From IMG/VR virus record IMGVR_UViG_3300049926_000093, positions 1-55,396 of that record: a stretch of DNA of 55,396 nucleotides; one strand, written 5' to 3'. Positions 46,257-55,396 of this stretch are shown here, piece after piece. The notes beneath the pieces were generated by a model that searched no databases, had not been told where the DNA came from, and saw only the letters and a program-made list of their open reading frames with translations. How positions within the stretch are numbered: position 1 is the first letter of the stretch; every line of letters starts with the position of its first letter. A program made the position numbers and the translations under genes. Source of the stretch: a virus (lineage: Duplodnaviria; Caudoviricetes).

Positions 46257-47069
46257 ATGGCTGATATTTATGATGTTCAAGTTGTGCTGACAGCATTAGC
46301 GCAGACTGCTATTTATCCAAACGGCACTGGAAGCCCAAGCATTTCGGGCTGCGATGTTAAAATTTTCCCAGGTTACCCTATCCCTGCCGCGCTCGACTCG
46401 GATTTGACGGCGAGAAATGCGCAAGTAAGTATAGTGCCTGGCGTCGCTAAAATGTCGACAAGATTCGATAAGTCGTGGCAGACGACTTCTATTAATGTTG
46501 CAACACTGATATTGACGATTGATGCAAGCCAATCAACGCCGACAAGCACAATTACTATCACGGGTACCGTGACAACGCCGCAGACTTGCATGGTTATCGT
46601 GAACGATATTGCCTACGCTTACGGCGTACAAGCAAATGATACGATAAACACGATTGCAAGCAGTATAGCCGACATGATTGCTGGCGCGTCTGCTTTAAAC
46701 AACGTTATCACTATTACGAACGCTTATCATTTAGCCGCGCGAATCAGTGTGTCGGGCACAAGCGTTCAAGAGCTTGCAAGAGAGAGAAGGGAGCTAACGG
46801 TTACGGTTTGGGCTCCTACGCCGATTGTTCGCTCACAAATCGGTAATGCGCTTATCGTCACTTTTGCATCAAGCCCTAGGATTGCATTACCTGACGGCTA
46901 CTATGCACAACTTACTTTCAACGGTTCAAAAGAATCCGACAGAATGGAAAAAACGAAATGTTATGCAAGAGAGATTAATTTCTCGGTTGACTACGCTATC
47001 ACGAATACTGAAACTGATTACACGGTTGCTGAAACTATCAATAATATATCTTCGGTCAATAGTATATAA
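46257..47069 (+). CDS. Tail terminator-like neck protein, paralog A
   Basis: MAD.YDVQV.LT.LAQTA.YPNG...TVWAPTP..R. Confidence 0.65.
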   Translation: MADIYDVQVVLTALAQTAIYPNGTGSPSISGCDVKIFPGYPIPAALDSDLTARNAQVSIVPGVAKMSTRFDKSWQTTSINVATLILTIDASQSTPTSTITITGTVTTPQTCMVIVNDIAYAYGVQANDTINTIASSIADMIAGASALNNVITITNAYHLAARISVSGTSVQELARERRELTVTVWAPTPIVRSQIGNALIVTFASSPRIALPDGYYAQLTFNGSKESDRMEKTKCYAREINFSVDYAITNTETDYTVAETINNISSVNSI

Positions 47070-47072
47070 AAA

Positions 47073-47945
47073 ATGGCGGATGCTTATGATGTCCAAGTTG
47101 CACTAACCATTTTAGCGCAAACAGCTTTATATCCGAACGGTATTAATTTCCCCAGCATAGCCAATTGCGACATCAGAATATTTCCAGGATGGCCGATACC
47201 CGAAACGCTGGACGCAGATTTAACGGCGCGTAAAGCACAGGTAAGCGTTTACCCGCTCATGAGCAGGGCAACGACACGATTTGATACGTCATGGCAAACG
47301 ATTAGCATTAATCCCGCGACGATTACGTTAAGCACGAATGCAGCTGTCACGCAGGTAACCGTAGGCGGCGCGGTTAATTCAAATCCTCAAACCTGTATGA
47401 TTACGGTGAACGGAAACGGCTATAACTATGCGGTACAGCCCACCGATACAACGACTTTAATTGCCGAAAACCTTGCGCAACGAATCCCAGGCGCGACATA
47501 TTCATCCAATATTATTAATATTCCGAACGCTTACCGTATTTCAACGGGAATAGGTGTAACAGGGGTAAGCGCAAGAGAATTAGCGAGAGAAGAGCGTGTT
47601 TTCACTTTAACCGTGTGGGCACCTACGCCACAAGTTCGAGAAGAAATTGGAAACGCCATTTCTTCTCTATTTGCATCATTTTCAAGAATCGTGATGCCAG
47701 ACGGTTATTTTTCACAATTGAAATTTGTTGGCTCAAGTGAACACGATGAGCTACAAAAAACAAAGTGTTATCGAAGAGATATTAAATTTTTAGTTGAATA
47801 CGCTATTACTGAAAGTGAAACGGATTATTCAATCACGAACAACATCGTCAATATTTCGCCTTACCCTTACCCACAATTATTATTATTGGATGGTTCTTAT
47901 TTCATCTTATTAGATGGAGAGTTATTCGGCTTATTTGGAAATTAA
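47073..47945 (+). CDS. Tail terminator-like neck protein, paralog B
   Basis: Collinear homology with 46257..47069. Confidence 0.65.
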   Translation: MADAYDVQVALTILAQTALYPNGINFPSIANCDIRIFPGWPIPETLDADLTARKAQVSVYPLMSRATTRFDTSWQTISINPATITLSTNAAVTQVTVGGAVNSNPQTCMITVNGNGYNYAVQPTDTTTLIAENLAQRIPGATYSSNIINIPNAYRISTGIGVTGVSARELAREERVFTLTVWAPTPQVREEIGNAISSLFASFSRIVMPDGYFSQLKFVGSSEHDELQKTKCYRRDIKFLVEYAITESETDYSITNNIVNISPYPYPQLLLLDGSYFILLDGELFGLFGN

Positions 47946-48432
47946 TATTATGTCAAGAAATATTAACCAGATTTTCCAAGATAATCCCGCCACAAATATA
48001 CAAAATACGGATTTATTTTATTTAGGGCGTTCTCCGTACAATCCCGAAAATGACATGGCCGCGCAATTTTCAACCATTGCAGACGCGCTGGTTAATAGTC
48101 AATTTCCGTGGAGCATTATTACACAATCAAGCGCGCAATTGAGCGCGAATAATGGGTATTTTATAAATCGCCCCTCAATTTGTATGTTAACAATGCCCGC
48201 TCTTTGCTTGGTTGGCTCTTCTATAAAAATAATAAATGTTAACAAATTGGGAAATTTTATTTTGTCACTAAATGACAATCAAACAATAAATGGTGGAATT
48301 ACGTCAACGTCAGCGGGCCCAATGGGCTATATACAAAGTAAAAATGTGGGTAACGCAATCGAAATCGTTTGTTTTGAAGAAAACATAACTTTTTGGGTGG
48401 TTAACGGCCAAGGGAATCTTGAATTTATCTAA
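47914..48432 (+). CDS. Collar/fibre-associated protein
   Basis: NN.Y..N.....LT.P....VGS...I domain shared with 48442..48975. Confidence 0.55.
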   Translation: MESYSAYLEINIMSRNINQIFQDNPATNIQNTDLFYLGRSPYNPENDMAAQFSTIADALVNSQFPWSIITQSSAQLSANNGYFINRPSICMLTMPALCLVGSSIKIINVNKLGNFILSLNDNQTINGGITSTSAGPMGYIQSKNVGNAIEIVCFEENITFWVVNGQGNLEFI

Positions 48433-48441
48433 AGGAATATC

Positions 48442-48975
48442 ATGTCTAATTTCAATGCAATTGATTCATCCTATCCGTTCGAAACCGCTGACTATAGCGA
48501 CAACTCTTTAACTTACGCGAAGTTTCAGCAAGCATCGGCCGCCAATATTTTATTGGGTAATCCAACGGCGGGGGCGGCTAATTACTCTGAGGTGACGCTA
48601 GGGGCTGGACTATCATTCGTCGGTACCGCACTTACTTCATCGCTTGCATTGCCTACGACTGTCGTCAGCGGAACATCGCAAACCATGGCGGTTAATAATT
48701 CGTATATCGCGAATAACGCGTCTTTAGTTACGCTTACACTTCCAACATCGGCGGTGGTGGGCAGTATTTTTGAAATAAATGGATTAGGCGCAGGGCTTTT
48801 TAAAATAGCTCAGGGCTCTGGCCAACAGATTGTATCAGGCTCAAAAACCACGACTTCTGGTTCAGGCGGCAGCTTAACGGCTGTTGATCAATACGGATAC
48901 ATAGCACTTAAATGTATCGTCGCAAATAATACATTTGCTGTTATCGGCTATGTTGGAAACTTTACGGGTGCTTAA
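48442..48975 (+). CDS. Collar/fibre-associated protein
   Basis: Shares its C-domain with 47914 and its N-terminus with 48975. Confidence 0.55.
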   Translation: MSNFNAIDSSYPFETADYSDNSLTYAKFQQASAANILLGNPTAGAANYSEVTLGAGLSFVGTALTSSLALPTTVVSGTSQTMAVNNSYIANNASLVTLTLPTSAVVGSIFEINGLGAGLFKIAQGSGQQIVSGSKTTTSGSGGSLTAVDQYGYIALKCIVANNTFAVIGYVGNFTGA

Positions 48976-49211
48976 TGAGTAATTTAAATTCAATTAATTC
49001 ATCTTATCCTTTTGCGACAACAGATTACACGAATAACTCTGTTACATATGCAAAAATCCAAACAGTCTCATCATTAAAATTGATTGGAAATTTAACCGCA
49101 TCGACAGCGAACGCATCAGAGGTTGGGGTAAGTTCAAATACTGCATTAACGAGCGCAACAATCAATATCCCGTCTGATTTATTTAGCTATACATACTTTG
49201 GAGGATTATAA
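48975..49211 (+). CDS. Short fibre-like protein
   Basis: MSN.N.I.SSYPF.T.DY..NS.TYAK.Q shared with 48442. Confidence 0.55.
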   Translation: MSNLNSINSSYPFATTDYTNNSVTYAKIQTVSSLKLIGNLTASTANASEVGVSSNTALTSATINIPSDLFSYTYFGGL

Positions 49212-49214
49212 AAA

Positions 49215-49634
49215 ATGGCCGTTACTGCAACTCCAATATTCCCGCAAACAATCACAAATGGACTTGTTCAAATAGCTAATGCGGACGCTCAGAATCTAAA
49301 AACAATCTATACGGCAGGCACAAACGGTTCAAAAATTGAGAATATTCTTGTTAGCAGCACAGACTCTTCCGCGAGAGATGTGCAATTTTCAATTGTTGCA
49401 AGTGCGGTAACTTACATTATCGGAACCATTTCAATACCTGCTAACTCTGGCAATACAAACGCGCTCCCCGTTATTAATGTTTTGGGAAACTCTCAAATTC
49501 CAAGCTTATCCAGGGATTCAAATGGAAACTACTATCTATATTTGTCTAACGGCTCAGTATTAAAAGCATCTGCATTAACGACAGTTACTGCAGCAAAAGT
49601 GATTTCTATTTTTGCTCAAGGCGGAGATTATTAA
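49215..49634 (+). CDS. Beta-sandwich virion protein
   Basis: TPIFPQT...TIYTAGTNGSKI...GGDY. Confidence 0.55.
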   Translation: MAVTATPIFPQTITNGLVQIANADAQNLKTIYTAGTNGSKIENILVSSTDSSARDVQFSIVASAVTYIIGTISIPANSGNTNALPVINVLGNSQIPSLSRDSNGNYYLYLSNGSVLKASALTTVTAAKVISIFAQGGDY

Positions 49635-51188
49635 ATGTTTGGAGAATTTAGCCCAAAATTGCAAGGCGTTAAAAGTAACGCGATAGCAACCAATACCGTT
49701 ACATCAATAATAGGAAGCAATGGCGTTTTGGCTAGCAACCCAGCGGGAAATGTCACTTTAAGCTTAAATTATAATACAGATAACCTGCAATTGACCGCGT
49801 CCCAAATTAATACAATCCAAGATATTAGCAGCACAGCATCACCAACCTTCGGCGGATTATTTATAAACGGATCAGTGACATTCGATGCTAATAATATAAT
49901 AAATACAAACGCGATGCAGTATACGGGCACTCTTAATATAACATCTAATGCGCAAGCGGGCGTTGAACTTAATCACGCTTTTGTTGTTTCCGCAAACTCA
50001 ACGTATGTTTATGCCCAATCAATAGTTCCAAGTTTCACGATGGCTTTCTCTACGCTAGTTAACGCCATAGGCTGCTATGTAGGCATTGGCGGACAAGCTG
50101 GCAGCTCTATTACAAATGGTTTTGGTATTTATATAGAAGAACCAGCATTCGGTACTAATAAATACGCAGCAAATTTAAAAGGCCGCGTTACGATTGGAAC
50201 GACAGGGCAATTTGATATATCACGACTGGGCGTTGTAACGGCTGGAACATGGAACGGCTCTAGCATAGCAACGACTTACACGGATGCAAAAGTAACAAGC
50301 ATTGGTGGCACCTCTAATCGTATAACTGTAGGGGGAACCTCAACAGTTCCCACTATTGATATCAGCTCTGCATATGTAGGTCAAAGTACAATAACGACTC
50401 TCGGAACAATAGCAACGGGAACATGGCAAGGAACGGTTATTGGCGGAAGTTTTTTAAACTATAATACGACAAATTTAAAAGTTACGGCGTCTCAAATTAA
50501 TACGATCCAAGATATCGCCACTTCTTCTACCCCCGTATTTACTAAAATTGGAACAATTTCATCCCCTGTGGTGGAGATGCACGCCAAACTAAGCGCGGGA
50601 GACCCCATTGTGGCCGTCCAAAATGGAGGAAATTCTATTTTTGGCATGCAATCTGATTCAGATTCTGGATTGCGTTTGGGGGTATATTCGGGCGGCAATA
50701 TTACAAATCAGGTATATATTAGTAAAATCGGAAATGTGGGCTTATTCGCAAGCCCGTCTGCGGGCGGCGGCACATCAGTCTTATTTATAGCTAATTCTGC
50801 TGGAATTCCTGGAAGCAATCCTACCGCGGGATATATCATTTATAGCCAAAGCGGCGCATTAAAAGGGCGGGGCACTTCGGGAACAGTTACTACAATAGGT
50901 AATGCTGACCCCCATTGCCCAGTTTGCGGCTCAGATTTTGCCGTACAGTGGGAAAATGATTTTTACGGCGGCGAGCTTAGAGTATGTAAAATCTGTGAAA
51001 TTGACTACATATGTCAAAATCATCGCATGATGAAAGCGTTGTCAGACCATGTATTGGGTAATGCTACAGCAATAACGGCGGATGAAATTACTAACTTCTA
51101 TGCTTCCGATCCCGCTTATTTCTTGTGGAATAGTGAACGTACTGATGAATATCGTGGAGTTAGGATGCCTGCTATTGAAACAAGGTGA
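49635..51188 (+). CDS. Fibre/whisker-like protein with a C-terminal CxxC...CxxC
   Basis: LNYNT.NL..TASQINTIQDI twice, GTW.G repeats, CPVC...CKIC. Confidence 0.65.
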   Translation: MFGEFSPKLQGVKSNAIATNTVTSIIGSNGVLASNPAGNVTLSLNYNTDNLQLTASQINTIQDISSTASPTFGGLFINGSVTFDANNIINTNAMQYTGTLNITSNAQAGVELNHAFVVSANSTYVYAQSIVPSFTMAFSTLVNAIGCYVGIGGQAGSSITNGFGIYIEEPAFGTNKYAANLKGRVTIGTTGQFDISRLGVVTAGTWNGSSIATTYTDAKVTSIGGTSNRITVGGTSTVPTIDISSAYVGQSTITTLGTIATGTWQGTVIGGSFLNYNTTNLKVTASQINTIQDIATSSTPVFTKIGTISSPVVEMHAKLSAGDPIVAVQNGGNSIFGMQSDSDSGLRLGVYSGGNITNQVYISKIGNVGLFASPSAGGGTSVLFIANSAGIPGSNPTAGYIIYSQSGALKGRGTSGTVTTIGNADPHCPVCGSDFAVQWENDFYGGELRVCKICEIDYICQNHRMMKALSDHVLGNATAITADEITNFYASDPAYFLWNSERTDEYRGVRMPAIETR

Positions 51189-51239
51189 GGCCGCTTTGAC
51201 AAAACGGAAAATGGGAAAAATTAAACAAGGAGCAATAAA

Positions 51240-51404
51240 GTGAAAAATTATATTTTAACAGAGCAGCAAAGAGATGATTTTATAAAGTTTCTGGGAGAGT
51301 TTAAGCATAATCAAGTTGATGGCGCTATTGCTTTCCTTAAAAATTTAAAAGAAGCAGAGCCTGCAATTAATATTTCCGAAAACGAAACAGCTCAGAGTGC
51401 CTAA
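51240..51404 (+). CDS. 54-aa protein (not in the ORF track)
   Basis: GTG start with AAGGAG SD; MKNYILTEQQRDDFIKFLGE... Confidence 0.5.
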   Translation: MKNYILTEQQRDDFIKFLGEFKHNQVDGAIAFLKNLKEAEPAINISENETAQSA

Positions 51405-51455
51405 TTTTTTATCGTTAAATCATAACTCAATCATACTTCAAAAAGGAATTTTGAA

Positions 51456-51707
51456 ATGAATGCTATTCATAAGCTCGTTGTTGTTTTGCCTTTTGATAAT
51501 TACAAGCGCGGCGATTACATCTTGGATCAAGATGCCGTCGAAAAATATATGCACTCATCACATGTAAGAAGAGTCAAGTTGCTTGAGGATGAAAGATTAA
51601 TGCTTCAAGCGAAAGAAGATTCGAAAAATTTCATTGAAGCGCAAATTGTTGAAGAATTGGATGAAAAGCCGATTATTAAACTCAAAAGCGTATACGAAAA
51701 GAAGTAA
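51456..51707 (+). CDS. Small conserved pre-sheath protein
   Basis: LVVV.PF..Y.RGD.I.D pattern. Confidence 0.55.
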   Translation: MNAIHKLVVVLPFDNYKRGDYILDQDAVEKYMHSSHVRRVKLLEDERLMLQAKEDSKNFIEAQIVEELDEKPIIKLKSVYEKK

Positions 51708-51736
51708 ATTCATTAGATTACTAAGGAGACTCAAGG

Positions 51737-53989
51737 ATGAGTATCATACAGTCAGGAAGCATCAATACAACGGCACTTTCAGTTCCCGATTTATATGTCC
51801 AGATAGTTCCACCACAAAATGCGTTTATTAATGGCGTGCCAACCAATGTGCTTGGTGTTGTAGGAACGGCGACATGGGGGCCAACTAACAGCCCAACTAT
51901 TGTAGGTAATTTGACACAGTACGTCCAAAATTTTGGCGGCGTTCAAACTAACAAATACGATATGGGAACTCATGTGGCTGTCGCATCGTTGCAGTATGCT
52001 AATAATTTTCGATGCGTACGTGTAACTGACGGAACGGACGTTGCGGCAACGATTGCAATTGTTGATACAAACGGTTCGCCAGTCACAGGCGTTACTTTAA
52101 CCGCATACTATACGGGAACGGTCGGCAATACAGTAACGGCTACAATCTCAACAGGCTCTAGCTATACAGCATCAGTACCTACCTACAAACTGACTTTAGT
52201 CATTCCAAACGGTGTGCCAGAAGTTTTTGATAACATTGGCGGAACAGGCACCGTTTTTTGGTCTAACTTATCGAACGCGGTTAACCTTGGCCAAAGCTCA
52301 TCGCGCGGCCCATCACAACTTTGCATCGCGACACTCAACAACTTCATAAACACCGTATCCGTAACAAGAGCGGGAAGCTATGCGACTTTGCCAACTTTAG
52401 GAACAACAGGAAATGGAAGTGGCGCAGTTTTAGCGGCAACAATGAAATCCGTTTCGGCGACTGTTGCATCGGCAGGAACCGGATATTCCCCCACAGACAC
52501 GGTAACGATTACGAGCGGAACCCATACAATAAGTTCAATTTTTAACGTGGCCACAACGAAACTAGTTAGTATTGCCGTCAATGCTGGCGGTTCAAATTAT
52601 CTAGTCGGAGACCTTATAACACTTGCGGGGGGAACCGCTGGAACGAAAGCCGTTTTGACCGTTTCATCGGTGAGTGGCGGCGCAGTAACAGCGGTTACAA
52701 TTTCAACGGCGGGTTCTTATTCTGCTAACAGCGCAACATTTACTCAGTTCGCAACAAGCGGCGTAGGTAGCGGAGCAACTTTCAATACTGCGCTATTTGG
52801 CGTGAATACTCTGACGGTTAATACGGCGGGGGCTTATACGGTACTTCCATCCAGCCCAGTCGCCCAAGGCTCAACATCGGGTAGCGGAGCAAGTGCCACC
52901 TTAACTGTTTTATGGGGTTTATTATCGGTTCAAGTCACATCAGAAGGAACTGGTTATGATTCTACTTCTGCGCTTTCAGTAACAGGCGGCGGCGGAACAG
53001 GTGGGGCAACAGGCACACTAAGCATAGGCTCAGCATCAGCACCTGCGGTGGCAACGTATACGCTTGCAGGTGGAACAGACGGTAATACTAACGTGACCGC
53101 GACTACATTAATTGGGCAAGATGTTGTGCCACGGACGGGTATGTATGCGCTTAGAAATTCTGGCGCATCAATCGTCGATTTATGTGACTGTGACGACTCA
53201 ACAACGTGGTCAACTCAAGTCTCCTACGGTCTATCTGAAGGTTCTTACATGATTATGATTGGGCCGTCTGGTGAAACGATTGCGTCAGCCATTACAGCGA
53301 AACAAACGGCGGGCATAGATTCTTATGCTGCAAAATTATTACTCGGCGACTGGATATACTGGCTAGACAGTTACAATAATCAATTGAGGGTAATTAGCCC
53401 CCAAGGTTTTGTCTCTGGATTATTAGCAAACCTGAGCCCTGAACGCAGCAGTTTGAATAAGCCGCTTTATGGAATCGTAGGTACACAAAAATCATACTCA
53501 AACCAAACCTATAGCCAAGCTGATTTGCAAGCCATAGGCGGTGCAGGGTTAGACGTGATTACAAACCCAGTGCCAGGTGGCAATTACTTTGGCCCACGGT
53601 TTGGTCGGAACACGTCAAGCAACGCCGTCATTCACGGCGACAACTACACCCGCATGACAAACTACATTGCCGCGACTTTAAATGCGGGGATGGGTATGTA
53701 TGTCGGTCAGCTGCAAACAGTGACAGAACGCTTGAACGCTCAAAACACCATTCAAACTTTCCTAAGCAACTTGCAACAGCAAAATATGATTGGTGCTGTA
53801 AACGGTGGCCCCGCTTATCAAGTCATTTTAAACGCCAGCAATAACCCATCTTCACGCGTTGCGCTTGGGTATCAACAAGCCGATGTGAAAGTTATTTACT
53901 TAAGCGTAGTTGAATACTTCATTATCAACGTCGAAGGCGGACAGAGCGTTTCTATTGATAGAACCGCAACATTGCCAAACTTGTCTTAA
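51737..53989 (+). CDS. Tail sheath protein with a large repetitive insertion
   Basis: VPDLYVQIVPP...GVVGTA.WGP.N; LAGGTDG; NYTRMTNYIA. Confidence 0.92.
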   Translation: MSIIQSGSINTTALSVPDLYVQIVPPQNAFINGVPTNVLGVVGTATWGPTNSPTIVGNLTQYVQNFGGVQTNKYDMGTHVAVASLQYANNFRCVRVTDGTDVAATIAIVDTNGSPVTGVTLTAYYTGTVGNTVTATISTGSSYTASVPTYKLTLVIPNGVPEVFDNIGGTGTVFWSNLSNAVNLGQSSSRGPSQLCIATLNNFINTVSVTRAGSYATLPTLGTTGNGSGAVLAATMKSVSATVASAGTGYSPTDTVTITSGTHTISSIFNVATTKLVSIAVNAGGSNYLVGDLITLAGGTAGTKAVLTVSSVSGGAVTAVTISTAGSYSANSATFTQFATSGVGSGATFNTALFGVNTLTVNTAGAYTVLPSSPVAQGSTSGSGASATLTVLWGLLSVQVTSEGTGYDSTSALSVTGGGGTGGATGTLSIGSASAPAVATYTLAGGTDGNTNVTATTLIGQDVVPRTGMYALRNSGASIVDLCDCDDSTTWSTQVSYGLSEGSYMIMIGPSGETIASAITAKQTAGIDSYAAKLLLGDWIYWLDSYNNQLRVISPQGFVSGLLANLSPERSSLNKPLYGIVGTQKSYSNQTYSQADLQAIGGAGLDVITNPVPGGNYFGPRFGRNTSSNAVIHGDNYTRMTNYIAATLNAGMGMYVGQLQTVTERLNAQNTIQTFLSNLQQQNMIGAVNGGPAYQVILNASNNPSSRVALGYQQADVKVIYLSVVEYFIINVEGGQSVSIDRTATLPNLS

Positions 53990-54008
53990 AAATCATTCAT
54001 GGATGAAT

Positions 54009-54036
54009 AAAGCCCGTATTTTACGGGCTTTTTATT
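54009..54036 (+). terminator. Intrinsic terminator between sheath and tube
   Basis: AAAGCCCGTA-ttt-TACGGGCTTT then T-tract. Confidence 0.75.
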
Positions 54037-54053
54037 AAATAAGGAGATTAATC

Positions 54054-54485
54054 GTGCCTATTAACGGAATTTCAGTTGGTAAAGATGTGGTACTCACATT
54101 AAATGATCAAAGTGGACTGGTTACAACCAACCGAATCAAAATGTTTTCATCAAAGCAAAAAACATCGAACAGAGAAACCGCTTCTCTGGATGGAACAAAC
54201 CGCCACATTAATATCCCGATGGGTTGGGAAGGAAGTTTTGAGATGGAAAGAACAAGCAGCGCGATAGATGACTACATCGCCAACCTAGAAGCGAATTATT
54301 ATCAGGGTCAAAACATCCCATCACTAACTATTACAGAAACAATCACAGAAGCGAATGGAGCTACAACACAATTTCAATTTGTAGGCGTTGTTTTAACTTA
54401 CGATGATGCAGGAGATTGGAAGGCAGAAGATTACATAACGCAAAAAATGAGTTTCTCAGCAGAAAAAAGAAATAAATTATCTTAA
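54054..54485 (+). CDS. Tail tube protein
   Basis: 143 aa after the sheath; GWEGSF..ER. Confidence 0.85.
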   Translation: MPINGISVGKDVVLTLNDQSGLVTTNRIKMFSSKQKTSNRETASLDGTNRHINIPMGWEGSFEMERTSSAIDDYIANLEANYYQGQNIPSLTITETITEANGATTQFQFVGVVLTYDDAGDWKAEDYITQKMSFSAEKRNKLS

Positions 54486-54503
54486 TTTTTTTATAGGGGA
54501 ATT

Positions 54504-54899
54504 ATGACTAAAGTTACTTTGCATCAAAATAATATATCGGAAGATAAGAAGCCTATTAATAAAAATGAAGCATTAATAGAAGACGCCATGGGGAGAGCTA
54601 TTCTAATAAGGAAGCCTCCTTTTAGTGCTCAATTCAATGTGATTAAATGGGTGGGTGCTGAGCTTGCAAATAATATCCCGTATGTGGAACATGTTTGCGC
54701 GCTGCATTGGTTGGTCAGCATTAATGGTGAAATCGTATCCACCCCTTTTTCAGAAAGAGAGGTTAACGCATTAACCGATAGACTAGACGACTATGGCTAT
54801 AACGCTTTATTAAAAGGTATTTTAAAAATAAGAGGCGTATCTAGTGACGAAGAAAGAGAGGCCGAACAAAAAAATGAGATTGCAGTTGCAAAAAAATAG
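54504..54899 (+). CDS. Tail assembly chaperone (G)
   Basis: After the tube gene; ends at a slippery A7 run. Confidence 0.8.
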   Translation: MTKVTLHQNNISEDKKPINKNEALIEDAMGRAILIRKPPFSAQFNVIKWVGAELANNIPYVEHVCALHWLVSINGEIVSTPFSEREVNALTDRLDDYGYNALLKGILKIRGVSSDEEREAEQKNEIAVAKK

Positions 54900-55102
54900 C
54901 AACTTCCTCAGATGTCCGTGAGCGATTGTGGTTATTAAAAAACGGCATCCCATGGAATATCATTTTTGGCGAAGAAAAACTATGGGAAGGTGAAATCCCC
55001 GAGGCGTGGCAAATGGCTTTTTCTGTTATTTTCAGCGATTTTGAAAGAGAAAAAAACGGGAAAAATCGGTTTGACTGGCAAACACTGACATTCCCAGAAT
55101 GA
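54890..55102 (+). CDS. -1 frameshift extension of the tail assembly chaperone (GT)
   Basis: A-AAA-AAA at 54890-54896; -1 frame open to TGA 55102 (IATSSDVRERLWLLKNGIPW...FDWQTLTFPE). Confidence 0.8.
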   Translation, partial: KKIATSSDVRERLWLLKNGIPWNIIFGEEKLWEGEIPEAWQMAFSVIFSDFEREKNGKNRFDWQTLTFPE

Positions 55103-55396
55103 AAAACTTCAAAAATTTACAAGAATTTTCTGGGTATTTAACAAAGCTAGAAAGTAGATATCGGCTGGCCGAGATAGAAGCCCTTAGCCTCGGCGCGCAG
55201 CATATTCAAGAAGAAGCAAAAAGGAAATTTGGCGTCTATCAAGATGCTGTTGGCCAATATCCTGCATGGCCTGAATTAAAAGAAAATACACAAGCACAAA
55301 GGGAGCGGCTAGGCTTTGAGCCTAACAACCCGCTATATATGACGGGCAAACTAGCGAACAGCATCAATTATCACGTCACTGCACCAATCGCTCAAA
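55099..55396 (+). CDS. 5' part of the junction-spanning tail completion protein
   Basis: ATG 55099 MKNFKNLQEF...G.YQ...AWPEL continues into 1..285. Confidence 0.75.
   Translation, partial: MKNFKNLQEFSGYLTKLESRYRLAEIEALSLGAQHIQEEAKRKFGVYQDAVGQYPAWPELKENTQAQRERLGFEPNNPLYMTGKLANSINYHVTAPIAQ
55270..55396. repeat. Terminal direct repeat, copy 2
   Basis: Identical to 1-127. Confidence 0.97.

Noticed and set aside
1-55396. tRNA, rRNA or IS elements
   Set aside because: None recognised by eye; a tRNAscan or Infernal run would be needed to exclude them.

Overview
The window is a complete, circularly permuted genome of about 55,269 bp from a contractile-tailed (myovirus-type) temperate phage-plasmid. 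Bases 1-127 are repeated exactly at 55270-55396 and one tail gene reads across the junction. It has a full virion module, lambdoid lytic genes (Bet/RecE/SSB, initiator and loader, VRR-NUC, Q-like antiterminator, pR'-like promoter) and a plasmid replicon (RepA, three iterons, DnaA boxes, ParA plus partner, RelBE). I could not recognise an integrase or a CI-type repressor. The SSB looks gammaproteobacterial, and the cargo suggests an intracellular, Legionellales-like host (inference). The main unusual elements are four. (1) An operon encoding a tRNA-dependent cyclodipeptide synthase, a soluble PAS histidine kinase and a stand-alone receiver, a candidate phage small-molecule signalling system. 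(2) A cassette of eukaryote-directed, effector-like genes, including two membrane-anchored U-box proteins, punctuated by a repeated GGA-loop hairpin. (3) An acr/aca-like island between terL and portal, with a very acidic protein followed by an orphan two-repeat type I-E-like CRISPR unit whose spacer folds on itself. (4) CsrA-type GGA hairpins in several late-gene leaders. All product calls come from motif recognition by eye; no searches were run.
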